A DNA stretch of 64,000 bases from Cetorhinus maximus (lineage: Eukaryota): positions 10,850,001-10,914,000 of the forward strand of contig NC_135897.1 in assembly GCF_964194155.1 (NCBI RefSeq). The letters run 5' to 3'. Shown here one piece after another: positions 1 to 11,800 of this stretch. The notes below the pieces were generated by a model, which worked only from the letters and a program-made list of their open reading frames with translations, did no database searches and had not been told where the DNA came from. Numbering within the stretch: position 1 is the stretch's first letter; the number at the start of each line of letters is the position of its first letter. The position numbers were made by a program, and so were the translations under genes.

Positions 1-3000
1 GGAGTGTGTTATATAGAGAGTCACAGGGAGACTGGAGCGTGTTGTATAGAGAGTCACAGGGAGACTGGAGCGTGTTATATAGATAGTAAGAATGAGGCAG
101 GAGCGTGTTATGTAGAGAGTAACAGGAAGCCTGGAGTGTCTTATATACAGAGTAACAGGGAGGCTGGAGTGTGTTATATAGAGAGTCACAGGGAGACTGG
201 AGCGTGTTATATAGAGAGTAACAGGGAGACTGGAGCGTGTTATATAGAGAGTCACAGGGAGACTGGAGCGTGTTATATAGAGAGTCACAGGGAGACTGGA
301 GTGTGTTATATAGATAGTAAGAATGAGGCAGGAGCGTGTTATATAGAGAGTAACAGGAAGCCTGGAGTGTCTTATATACAGAGTAACAGGGAGGCTGGAG
401 TGTGTTATATAGAGAGTAACAGGGACGCTGCAGTGTGTTATATAGAGAGTAACAGGGAGGTGGGAGTGTGTTATATAGAGAGTCACAGGGAGGCTGGAGC
501 GTGTTAGATAGAGAGTAACAGGGAGGCTGGAGTGTGTTAGATAGAGAGTCACAGGGAGGCTGGAGAATGTTATATAAGTAACAGGGAGGCTGGAGTGTGT
601 TATATAGAGAGTAACAGGGAGGCTGGAGTGTGTTATATAGAGAGTAACAGGGAGGCTGGAGTGTGTTATATAGAGAGTCACAGGGAGGCTGGAGCGTGTT
701 ATATAGAGAGTCACATGGAGACTGGAGTGTGTTATATAGAGAGTAACAGGGACGCTGGACTGTGTTATATAGAGAGTAACAGGGACGCTGGAGTGTGTTA
801 TATAGAGAGTAACAGGGAGGTGGGAGTGTGTTATATAGAGAGTCACAGGGAGGCTGGAGCGTGTTAGATAGAGAGTAACAGGGAGGCTGGAGTGTGTTAG
901 ATAGAGAGTCACAGTGCGGCTGGAGAGTGTTATATAGAGAGTAACAGGGAGGCTGGAATGTGTTATATAGAGAGTAACAGGGAGGCTGGAGTGTGTTATA
1001 TAGAGAGTAACAGGGAGGCTGGAGTGTGTTATATAGAGAGTCACAGGGACGCTGGACTGTGTTATATAGAGAGTAACAGGGACGCTGGAGTGTGTTATAT
1101 AGAGAGTAACAGGGAGGTGGGAGTGTGTTATATAGAGAGTCACAGGGAGGCTGGAGCGTGTTAGATAGAGAGTAACAGGGAGGCTGGAGTGTGTTAGATA
1201 GAGAGTCACAGTGCGGCTGGAGAGCGTTATATAGAGAGTAACAGGGAGGCTGGAGTGTGTTATATAGAGAGTAACAGGGAGGCTGGAGTGTGTTATATAG
1301 AGAGTAACAGGGAGGCTGGAGCGTGTTATATAGAGAGTCACTTGGGGGCTGGACTGTGTTATATAGAGAGTCACATGGGGGCTGGAGTGTGTTACTCAGA
1401 GAGTAACAGGGAGGCTGGAGTGTGTTATATAGAGAGTCACAGGGAGGCTGGAGTGTGTTATATAGGGAGTCACATGGGGGCTGGAGTGTGTTACTCAGAG
1501 AGTAACAGGGAGGCTGGAGTGTGTTATATAGAGAGTCACAGGGAGACTGGAGCATGTTATATAGAGAGTCACAGGGAGGCTGGTGCATGTTAGATAGAGA
1601 GTCACCGGGAGGCTGGAGCGTGTTAGAAACAGCGTCACAGGGAGACTGGAGCGTGTTATGTCGAGAGTAACAGGGAGGCTGGAGCATGTTATATAGAGAG
1701 TCACAGGGAGACTGGAGCGTGTTATATAGGGAGTAACAGGGAGGCTGGAGTGTGTTATATAGAGAGTCAAAGGGAGACTGGAGCGTGTTATATAGGGAGT
1801 AACAGGGAGGCTGGAGTGTGTTATATAGAGAGTCAAAGGGAGACTGGAGCGTGTTATATAGAGAGTCACAGGGAGGCTGGAGCATGTTATATAGAGAGTC
1901 ACAGGGAGGCTGGAGCGTGTTATATAGAGAGTAACGGAGGCTGGAGCGTGTTATATAGAGAGTCACAGGGAGGCTGGAGTGTGTTATATATAGAGTCACA
2001 GGGAGGCTGGAGTGTGTTATATAGAGAGTCACAGGGAGGCTGGAGCGTGTTATATAGAGAGTCACAGGGAGACTGGAGTGTGTTATATAGAGAGTCACAG
2101 GGAGACTGGAGTGTGTTATATAGAGAGTCACAGTGCGGCTGGAGTGTGTTATATAGAGAGTCACAGTGCGGCTGGAGTGTGTTATATAGAGAGTCACAGG
2201 GAGACTGGTGTATGTTAGATAGAGAGTCACAGGGAGACTGGAGTGTGTTATATAGAGAGTCACAGTGCGGCTGGAGTGTGTTATATAGAGAGTAACAGGG
2301 AGGCTGGAGTGTGTTATATAGAGAGTCACAGTGCGGCTGGAGTGTGTTATATAGAGAGTAACAGGGAGGCTGGAGTGTGTTATATAGAGAGTCACAGGGA
2401 GACTGGTGTATGTTATATAGAGAGTCACAGTGCGGCTGGAGTATGTTATACAGAGTAACAGGGAGGCTGGAGTGTGTTATATAGAGAGTCACAGTGCGGC
2501 TGGAGTGTGTTATATAGAGAGTCACAGGGAGACTGGAGTGTGTTATATAGAGAGTCACAGTGCGGCTGGAGTGTGTTATATAGAGAGTCACAGGGAGGCT
2601 GGAGTGTGTTATATAGAGAGTCACAGGGAGACTGGAGTGTGTTATATAGAGAGTCACAGTGCGGCTGGAGTGTGTTATATAGAGAGTCACAGGGAGGCTG
2701 GAGTGTGTTATATAGAGAGTCACAGTGCGGCTGGAGTGTGTTATATAGAGAGTCATGGGGAGGCTGGAGCGTGTTATATAGAGAGTCACATGGGGGCTGG
2801 AGTGTGTTACTCAGAGAGTCACAGGGAGGCTGGAGTGTGTTATATAGAGAGTCACAGGGAGGCTGGAGTGTGTTATATAGAGAGTCACAGGGAGGCTGGA
2901 GTGTGTTATATAGGGAGTCACAGGGAGACTGGAGTGTGTTATATAGAGAGTCACATGGGGGCTGGAGTGTGTTATATAGGGAGTCACAGGGAGACTGGAG

Positions 3001-3627
3001 TGTGTTATATAGGGAGTCACAGGGAGACTGGAGTGTGTTATATAGAGAGTCACAGGGAGGCAGGAGTGTGTTATATAGAGCGTCACGGAGGCTGGAGAGT
3101 GTTATATAGAGATTCACAGGGAGGCTGGAGTGTGTTATATAGAGAGTCACAGGGAGGCTGGAGTGTGTTATATAGAGAGTAACAGGGAGGCTGGAGTGTG
3201 TTATATAGAGAGTCACAGGGAGACTGGTGTATGTTAGAGAGTCACAGGGAGACTGGAGTGTGTTATATAGAGAGTAACAGGGAGGCTGGAGTGTGTTATA
3301 TAGAGAGTCATAGGGAGACTGGAGTGTGTTACTCAGAGAGTAGCACGAAGGCTGGAGTGTATTATATAGAGAGTCACAGGGCAGCTGCAGTGTGTTACAT
3401 AGAGAGTCACAGGGAGGCAGGAGTGTGTTATATAGAGAGTCACAGGGAGGCTGGAGTGTGTTATATAGAGAATGATATGGAGGCTGGAGTGTGTTATATA
3501 GAGAGTCACAGGGAGACTGGAGTGTGTTATATAGAGAGTCACAGGGAGACTGGAGTGTGTTATATAGAGAGTCACAGGGAGGCTGGAGTGTGTTATATAG
3601 AGAGTGATATGGACGCTGGAGTGTGTC
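1..3627. repeat. 33-bp minisatellite array (about 110 units, runs off the window start)
   Basis: Unit GGAGTGTGTTATATAGAGAGTCACAGGGAGGCT repeated with variants; explains all CYIESHREAGV-type ORFs. Confidence 0.98.
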
Positions 3628-3639
3628 TCTGAGTCTAAG

Positions 3640-3753
3640 AGCGGATTCTATGGCCCTGTCACCTTGGTTTCTGGGCCGTAAAATGTGGCGAACCATTCAA
3701 AAGTCTATCGACTTTGGCGGGTCAGTAAAATGCCGCCAGCGTAAAATTCCACC
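3640..3753. mobile_element. Short Harbinger-type MITE remnant
   Basis: GC-rich about 115 bp ending GTAAAATTCCACC, resembling the GGGNNGAATTTT-type termini of other Harbinger-like elements in the window. Confidence 0.4.
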
Positions 3754-4589
3754 ATAAGATTGAGATGTGTTACATAGAGAAAACTGCAGAGTGTTGGATG
3801 GGATAGAGTACTGAGGGGGTGCAGTGTAGGAGACCAGTGTGTGGGGGGAGGGGTTTGCTCGGAGATTGTGGGCTTGGTGGGACGGGGAGGGGGGCTTGAT
3901 CAGATGGGTGGAGACGGAGTGCCCGGTGGGGTGAGCATGCTGGATACAGTAGATAGGTGGACAGGCTCTCACTTTGCCAAGCCAACCCTCCTCGCCTTCC
4001 TTCAGCTGCCGTCCCAAGAAATTAAAGTGGAAATTGTGGCTGAACATGTGGCTGATGCTCTGACTGTCACCTGGGAACAGGGTGGGTTGGTAGCCCCCTG
4101 TGTTTCCTCCGCAAAACCAAAAATGGGCAGCATTTGCTGCTATGATTCAGATTGTTAACATTTTAACTTCCCACCCAACCCATACCAACCCAATCTTTGG
4201 GGGCTAAAATCGCAAACCAGCACCCCACACCCCATCCCCCAACCCCGCCTGCTGTGTAGGCTGGATCAGGCAGAATTGGGCAAACCTTTAGAGAGTTCTG
4301 GGGGAACTCAGCCCCACTGTCAGTGAGCACAAACACTGGAGAAGAGTAAACCAGAGGAGCAAGACCACAGTTCTCCTGCTATTAGTCACCGCAAATCATT
4401 GACATCAAATCATGTTTTCATATCAAAGCTGAATGTCATTTCTTCTAGTGTTATGTAATGCAGAATGATATCTACAGAAACTATATACAAATTACCATAG
4501 TAATACGAGGTTTATATCATAACTGACCAGGAGTCTGACTTAACAGGAATGGCTGGATCAATACTGACTGTTGGCAATAGTTGGAGTAT

Positions 4590-5085
4590 TATCCTCAGGG
4601 TATCTCATTGTAGAATAGAGTCCTGGAGTGTGAACTGGCAACATTCACTGGACTCTTGCCAGGATTGAGGACTGGAGATTTAAAACAGAGGCTCGAGAAG
4701 TGTCTTTTTTCTCTCTCACTGAAACAGGGAAGGTTAACCAGGTGTCAAAGGGGTGTCTCCAAAAAGACTAATGCTTTTGAGAGGGTAAATAATGATGTGT
4801 TGTTTCCAGTGGTTGGTGAATTGGTAACAAGGGGGTGGGGGGGACTGGGGGTTGAATACTGAAAGAGTGAAGGTGGAGGCTGGAAGAAATGTTTGCACGC
4901 ATGGAGCATTGTAAGAACGAGTAACGTTTCACCTCAAAGGCCTTCTGCTGCAGAGGCTATAATATCATTTCGAAGGGTGAATAATGTGAAAGGGCATTGG
5001 GTGAGGGGCAGGAAAATTTTCAGCTCCAGTTGGTACTGGCACAGGTACAGGCACAATGGGCTGAATGGCCTCCTTTGAGTGCTGT
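4590..5085 (+). mobile_element. Old CR1 LINE 3' fragment
   Basis: Degenerate CR1 C-terminal sequence ending GGCACAATGGGCTGAATGGCCTCCTTTGAGTGCTGTAA, like the CR1 3' end at about 27410-27450. Confidence 0.55.
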
Positions 5086-6769
5086 AATGGCTATGATTGT
5101 TGGGTGGTAACAGATCTCCCCCAGAGGCCATTGTGTCGAAGTGAGTTCATTGTTCCGGTGGTAACAAAGAGGGACAGTCATGCTCTGCAGGAACTTCCCC
5201 ACCTGATTGCAGCTGAATAGGGGCAATTGTGAATTTTCAAAATGACTCAATGTGGCTCTACTGTATGGGGCGACCATAACTCTATGAGCAGCCAACAACA
5301 TCAGAAATGGAACATGGCACAAGAGACTTTCTATACAACATTGGGAAGCTGGATAAACACATGGTGGGGGGAAAGGTATCAGGCAAAGTAAGGCTAGGGT
5401 GAGATGAAGTACAGTGGGAGGAGGCTGGTGTGAAGCATAAATGCCAGCACAGACCAGTTGGATTGACTGGCCGGTTTCTTGGCTATAAATTCCATGTAAT
5501 ACCTAACCAAATAATCGAGTGGTATCTGCTTAACAAAAGAATTATGCATTTCATGGTTGGACCATCTCTGTGCCCATGTACAGCTGTCACTTTCCCTGGG
5601 AGTTCAGTAGTGCACATTGTTACAGCCATTAGTTAGTACAGGTGCACAAAGACAAGCTAAACAATCAATCAATCACCCAAAGTGTAGTCTGAAGCCATCA
5701 AATGGAAAACTGTGCCAGGTCAGCACTGGTCAACAAATTGGGAAGACATGCAGGAGGAGCTCCCCCTGGCTGGTGAAGGCTGACTCTCAGTATTATTAGC
5801 CTCAGGACCTCTCCGTTAGCTGGAGACGGGCACCTAGCATCTTGTGATTATTCATCCTTTCTGACGACTGCATGTCTACCTGGCGTTGGACGCCCAGGTT
5901 TTGGTAAGTTACTCTGCTTTGAAACGAGTTCTCAGGAACTCTCCAGCTTTGAATGTACCTGTCTAATTAGAAGAATGCACTTCACCGGCATAGGTGTGAC
6001 TGTATTTACAAAGAAACGTGCTTGATGTCCACTTTAAAGCAGGCGCCACTGTAAGCACTTTGCATGAATCAGAAACTTCTGATCACACTGCCTCTTTAAG
6101 GGGCAGAATGATAAAAGGAAAGAAAAGAATTATGCATTTCATGGTTGGACCATCTCTGGTATGCTGGCTGCAACAGTACATCTTACTGTGCCCTGGAATT
6201 GGCAATTTTCCTTTTTGTTAGGGGACCCATTGTAAAGCTTGCAGCAGCCATGTTGTAGAGGATGATTGGATTTTCCACCAAGCTTCCCTGGGGTAAGCTT
6301 GCCCACCGCTCCCCCTCCCCCGCCAGCCTCCCGCTGACTGCCATCACACCCCCCCCCCGACCTATCTTCCCTGCCTCCCCTGCTAACCTTTCCCCCGCGG
6401 ACACAATCCTGCTCACAGAAATATTTCACTGAATGTTTCCTTTGACCGTTCCAGATATTGGTGAGCATCCTTGTTTTTGACCTGTTCATGGAGCTTGTCA
6501 CTGAATGTCATGGAGCTCAATCATTAACCACAACCTGACATTGAGAGAGAGCCACATACACCCAGACATACAAAGACACAAATATAGACACACTACCACG
6601 CAAAAACAGACATACACACGTTTTTACCCCGCCTACATTTTAAGGTATCGCACAAAAGGTCACCTCAACGATGAAGCTACTCCCTTACACCCAGACTCTG
6701 AATAATTACAACAAACATCATCAAAGATACGCTCAGAGAGTTTCATTAATATATTCACTAGTATTTTCA

Positions 6770-7470
6770 CCAGCATGCACTGGCCGAGATTTCACTGGCA
6801 CGCATGAGCTGAGATCTCACTGGCATACACTGGCTAAGGTCTCACTGTTGTGCACAGGCTAAGGTCTAAATGTTGTTCACTGGCTGAGTTCTCACTGGCA
6901 TGTACTGACTGTTCTCATTGGTGTGCACTGGCTGAGGTCTCACTGGCCTGTATTGGCTGTAGTCTCACTGGCATGCAACAGCTGAAATCTCACTGGCATG
7001 CACTGGCTGAGATCTCACTGGCGTGCAATGATTGAAATCTCACTGACGTGCATGGGATGATATCTCACTGGCATGCACTGGCTGAGATATCACTGGCGGC
7101 ACTGGCTGAGATCCCACTGGTGTGCACTGGCTGAGAGCTCACTGGCATGCACTGGCTGAGATCTCACTGGCGTGCAATGATTGAAATCTCACTGATATGC
7201 ACAGGATGACGTCTCACTGGCATGCACTGGCTGAGATCTCACTGGCATGCACTGGCTGAGATCTCACTGGCGTGCAGTGGCTGAGAGCTCGCTGGTGTAC
7301 ACTGGCTAAGATTTCACTGGCATGCACTGGCTGAGATCTCACTGGTGTGCACTGGCTGAGATCTCACTGGCGGCACTGGCTGAGATCTCCCTGGCGTGCA
7401 CTGGCTGAGAGCTCGCTGGTGTGCACTGGCTGAGATTTCACTGGCTGGCATGCACTGGCTGAGATCTCCG
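6770..7470. repeat. 25-bp minisatellite with internal palindrome
   Basis: Unit CATGCACTGGCTGAGATCTCACTGG (period 25, e.g. 7221 and 7246); contains palindrome TGAGATCTCA. Confidence 0.95.
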
Positions 7471-7614
7471 TGTTGTGATGATTTAGATTTGTACGCAATT
7501 CCCAACCCTGGCAACTCAGCAAACACACAAAGACAGAGACACATGCACTCACACACACATATGCACCAGCGCCTAGAAAAGCAATGAGGTATTGCTGAGC
7601 GGTTATTGGCGGTG

Positions 7615-8613
7615 CTACAGCTCAGACTTGCCGCTGAGGGAGCTCTCGTTTGTTTTGGTCTCATGGCTGACGGACTGCGCTCGCTTCCTCTGGCCGCAGA
7701 CAAAGTGACAGAACCGCTCTCGGAACTTCTCCCCCACAAAAAAGTAAACGACAGGGTCGAGGCAGCTGTTGAGGCTGGTTAGGCAGGAGGTGATGCGGTT
7801 ACTGAGGGCAATAAGCCTCCTGTCTCGGCAGCTGGATTGGGCGGTGCTGGTGAACAGGATGTAAACGTACCGGTTGATGTGGTAAGGCACGAAACAGATG
7901 AGGAAGATAGTGAGCACCAGGATGATCATTTTGATGGCCTTGTCCTTCAAGTGCCTCTCGATGCGGTTCCCCCTGCGAAGGCTGCGGATGATCAGTAAAT
8001 AGCAGGTCACCGTGATCACAAATGGAACGACGAACCCCACCGTGAGGGGCACCAGGGCAAAGCTGGAGGTCTTCTCCCGGTACAGCTGGAGGCACATGGT
8101 GGTGGTGTTGCCCGCCTGGAGGGTTTGTGGTGCCCCGAGCATCGGCGCCACCCCCACCACGATGACCACCCACAGGACGATGCAGACCACGTTGGCGTAG
8201 AGCGGCTTCCGGATGCGCATGGACTTAACCGGGTACACGATGGCCAGGAAGCGATCGGCACTGATGCCGGTCAGGAAGATGATGCTGGCGTACATGTTCA
8301 GGTAAAAGAGGAAGCCAGTGATACGACAGGGCACCTCGCCGAAGGGCCAATGGTTCTGGCTCAGGTGGTAGACCATCCGCATGGGCAGGATCAGCACGTA
8401 CGAGAGATCGGCCACTGCCAGGTGCATCAGGTAGATGTTAGTGGTTGTGTTAGCGTTCTTATCGCAGGAGAAAACCCACACGGCAAGAATGTTGCCAACA
8501 AAAGCCAGCACGAAAACCACCCCGTAGAAGGAGGAGAAGAACAGATTCTCTTCGCTGCTCTCCTGGGCACACTGCTGACCACTGGTATTGCTGAGGATGA
8601 TGGAATAAGCCAT
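7615..8613 (-). CDS. GPR17: G protein-coupled receptor 17 (P2Y/CysLT-like class A GPCR), 332 aa, single coding exon
   Basis: Seven hydrophobic segments; N-terminal QCAQE..EN, HLAVADLS, WPFGEVPCR, FYLNMYASI, ISADRFLAIVYP, CLQLYREK, CFVPYHINR (HxxR), LDPVVY and C-terminal TNESSLSGKSEL match GPR17; antisense within a LIMS2 intron. Confidence 0.96.
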   Translation of the reverse strand: MAYSIILSNTSGQQCAQESSEENLFFSSFYGVVFVLAFVGNILAVWVFSCDKNANTTTNIYLMHLAVADLSYVLILPMRMVYHLSQNHWPFGEVPCRITGFLFYLNMYASIIFLTGISADRFLAIVYPVKSMRIRKPLYANVVCIVLWVVIVVGVAPMLGAPQTLQAGNTTTMCLQLYREKTSSFALVPLTVGFVVPFVITVTCYLLIIRSLRRGNRIERHLKDKAIKMIILVLTIFLICFVPYHINRYVYILFTSTAQSSCRDRRLIALSNRITSCLTSLNSCLDPVVYFFVGEKFRERFCHFVCGQRKRAQSVSHETKTNESSLSGKSEL

Positions 8614-8901
8614 TACTAAGGTTTCCCTGCTCTGTGAGAGTGCAAACTGGGAGGAACTTCAATGGACATCTGTAAAACAAACACAAAGACCCGCGTCAGA
8701 GCCCTGTTCCAGGTGTATTCCCTGATCTCACAGCCCCCTCGTGTGTCAGCTACCCGTTTAACTCACCTCTGCACATTCTCTGATTGCAAATCCATTGTTT
8801 TCCACCTGCTCACACTTGGCATGCATGATGCTGAACTCATGTACAAGCCCCACTACAACCTTGCTGCCCTCTGTGTGCTCAAACAATACTTCTACAAACT
8901 A

Positions 8902-9002
8902 CAACAACAGAAAATGCTGGAAAAACTCAACAGGTCTGACAGCACCTGTAGAGAAAGAAACAGAGTTAACGTTTCGAGTCTGTATGACTCTTCCTCAGAG
9001 CC
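8902..9002 (-). mobile_element. Penelope-like element terminal fragment with hammerhead-like core
   Basis: Reverse complement reads CTCTGAGGAAGAGTCATACAGACTCGAAACGTTAACTCTG...; homologous to 21384, 43149, 57316 and 59860. Confidence 0.75.
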
Positions 9003-9349
9003 CTGCAAAAAAACTACCCAGCTATAACGAGGTCCGCTACGGAACCGAGCTCAGTATAACCCGACATTTTCATCCTGCAAATGAACCACAGCCACCCACT
9101 TGAAAAAAAAGACAAACTCAAAGTGGCTGCTTAACTCTTTGGTTGGTTTTACAAAGGGCCTGCATCACTCCTGCATTTGGGAGCATGAGGATTGGAAATG
9201 GTCAGGATAGGCACAACAGTATTTACCCGGGCACTACCGCAGTCAAGACCAAGAGCAAGGCAACGGTTGTGAAATAGCGTGGTCTCGCTTATAATGTGGT
9301 CTCGAGATATGAACCCCATGGACCATGATAAGGCGGGTCCCAAAGTACT

Positions 9350-9560
9350 CAATTCATATTAGAGAACCCCAATACAAGCTACTCAACTTGAGTATTCGTG
9401 AAAGAAGACATTTTCTCAAAGCTTTTTACCTTGCACTCATCAGGACAATTGCAAGAATACCAATGTCAGGGGAAGTGGCAATTTTATACTGTATGAGAAG
9501 AGAGTGTTGATTGCTTGGACACTGATTGGTAGAGGCACTGCCATGGAGAATGGAGCAAAA
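9350..9560 (-). mobile_element. Second Penelope-like repeat family, degenerate
   Basis: Minus strand TTGTCCTGATGAGTGCAAGGTAAAAAGCTTTGAGAA resembles a decayed minimal hammerhead. Confidence 0.4.
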
Positions 9561-9620
9561 TGTCTTTTTTCACCAAGTTCTGCACCACCAAATGACTATT
9601 TGTATACAAACCACTCAATT

Positions 9621-9996
9621 ACTTTTCTTATTTTTTCATGGGATGTGGGTGTCGCTGGCAAGGCCAGCATTTGTTGCCTATCCCTAATTGCCCTTGAACT
9701 GAGTGGTTTGCTAGGTCATTTCAGAGGGCAGTTAAGAGTCACCCACATTGCTATCGGTCTGTAGTCACATGTAGGCCAGACCAGGGAAGGATGCCAGATT
9801 TCCTTCTCTAAAGGACATTAGTGAACCAGATGGGTTTTTTCTGACAACTGATAATAGTTTCATGGTCACCATTACTGAGACTAGCTTCACATTCCCGATT
9901 TTATTAATTGAATTTAAATTCCACCAGCTGCCATGGTGGGATTTGAACCCATGTCTCCCTGAAGCCAGTGACATTACCACTTTGCTAACATCCACA
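9621..9996 (-). mobile_element. tRNA-derived SINE (family A), full length
   Basis: Minus strand has A/B-box-like head (GGGTTCAAATCCC) and tail ...CCCACATCCCATGAAAAAATAAG; 15-bp TSD ACAAACYACTCAATT at 9606-9620 and 9997-10011. Confidence 0.92.
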
Positions 9997-10437
9997 ACAA
10001 ACTACTCAATTCACATTCATACATCCCATTTACAAATTGCTCAACAGTTCTGAAAAATAATCACACTTTGCATACAGACACATTCAATTATATACTGCAC
10101 ATTCTTTCCTGACACAACCTATTACAATCCAGTCAATGTACATTGGATGCTGAAATGCCAGTAATAGACTTTTCACTGAACACTGCACATTCACTACAAA
10201 TTGACAGGTTATAACAGCGTATTGTTCAATGAAACCATGCAGCAGCTTAGTTAGAAACAGACTTTGTGCTATGTGGCAGGTAAATTGTTCTGTGTAAGTC
10301 CTATAAGGAGTATAGCTGTGTTGCATGAGGTGCACGAGGAAGACACAAAAAAGTTTGGGCACGTTGCCCTGAGGTGATCAATGGAGTTCTAGCGGGTGGT
10401 AATGAATGTGGAGAGTGTTAATGAATACATTCTCCAA

Positions 10438-11210
10438 CAATGAATGCTTCTGGAGCATTGAATGGTGCCTGTGGGAATGAATGGTGCCTGGGGTAATGAA
10501 TGGTGCCTGTGGGAATGAATGGTGCCTGTGGGAATGAATTGTGCTTCTGGTAATGAATGGTGCCTGGGGTAATGAATGGTGCCTGGGGTAATGAATGGTG
10601 CCTGTGGGAATGAATGGTGCCTGGGGTAATGAATGGTGCCTGGGGTAATGAATGGTGCCTGTGGGAATGAATGGTGCCTGGGATAATGAACGGTGCCTGG
10701 GGTAATGAATGGTGCCTGTGGGAATGAATGGTGCCTGGGGTAATGAATGGTGCCTGGGGTAACGAATTGTGCTTCTGGTAATGAATGGTGCCTGGGATAA
10801 TGAATGGTGCCTGGGATAATGAATGGTGCCTGGGATAATGAATGGGGCCTCTGGTAACGAATTGTGCTTCTGGTAATGAATGGTGCCTGGGGTAATGAAT
10901 GGTGCCTGGGATAATGAATGGGGCCTCTGGTAACGAATTGTGCTTCTGGTAATGAATGGTGCCTGTGGTAATGAATGATGCCTGGGACAATGAATGGTGC
11001 CTCTGGCAACGAATTGGGCTTCTGGTAATGAATGGTGATTGTGGTAAGAATGGTGATTGTGGTAATGAATGGTGATTGTGGTAATGAATGGTGCCTGTGG
11101 TAATGAATGGTGATTGTGGTAATGAATGGTGCCTGTGGTAATGAATGGTGATTGTGGTAATGAATGGTGCCTGTGGTAATGAATGGCGATGGCGGTAATG
11201 AATGGTGCCA
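10438..11210. repeat. 19-bp minisatellite
   Basis: Unit TGCCTGGGGTAATGAATGG. Confidence 0.96.
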
Positions 11211-11344
11211 GAGTTAATGCATGTGGAATGCAGTAATGAATTTTCAACTGTAGTAATGAATGTAGAATAAAATAATAAATATTGTTTGTGGCAATAAATG
11301 TGGCCAGTAATAATAAAATCGCATGCAGCAATTTCGATAAAATG

Positions 11345-11800
11345 GAGGATTCAGTGTAACCTGGAGGGTTCAGTGTAACCTGGAGGGTTCTGTGTAACCT
11401 GGAGAGTTCAATGTAACCTGGAGGGTTCAGTGTAACCTGGAGAGTTCAGTGTAACCTGGAGAGTTCTGTGTAACCTGGAGGGTTCAATGTAACCTGGAGG
11501 GTTCTGTGTAACCTGGAGGGTTCAGTGTAACCTGGAGAGTTCTGTGTAACCTGGAGGGTTCTGTGTAACCTGGAGAGTTCTGTGTAACCTGGAGGGTTCA
11601 ATGTAACCTGGAGAGTTCTGTGTAACCTGGAGAGTTCTGTGTAACCTGGAGGGTTCTGTGTAACCTGGAGAGTTCTGTGTAACCTGGAGGGTTCTGTGTA
11701 ACCTGGAGAGTTCTGTGTAACCTGGAGGGTTCTGTGTAACCTGGAGAGTTCAGTGTAACCTGGAGGGATCTGTGTAACCTGGAGGGATCTGTGTAACCTG
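11345..11800. repeat. 19-bp minisatellite
   Basis: Unit TCTGTGTAACCTGGAGRGT. Confidence 0.96.

Noticed and set aside
4-3696. Long Cys/Tyr-rich repeat ORFs (up to 416 aa) and CRISPR-like periodicity
   Set aside because: The 33-bp unit is a multiple of 3, so ORFs open on both strands. There are scattered stops and frameshifts, no unique spacers and no cas genes.
7799-8686. Overlapping ORFs on both strands of GPR17
   Set aside because: Shadow ORFs caused by GC-rich codon usage; no recognisable motifs.
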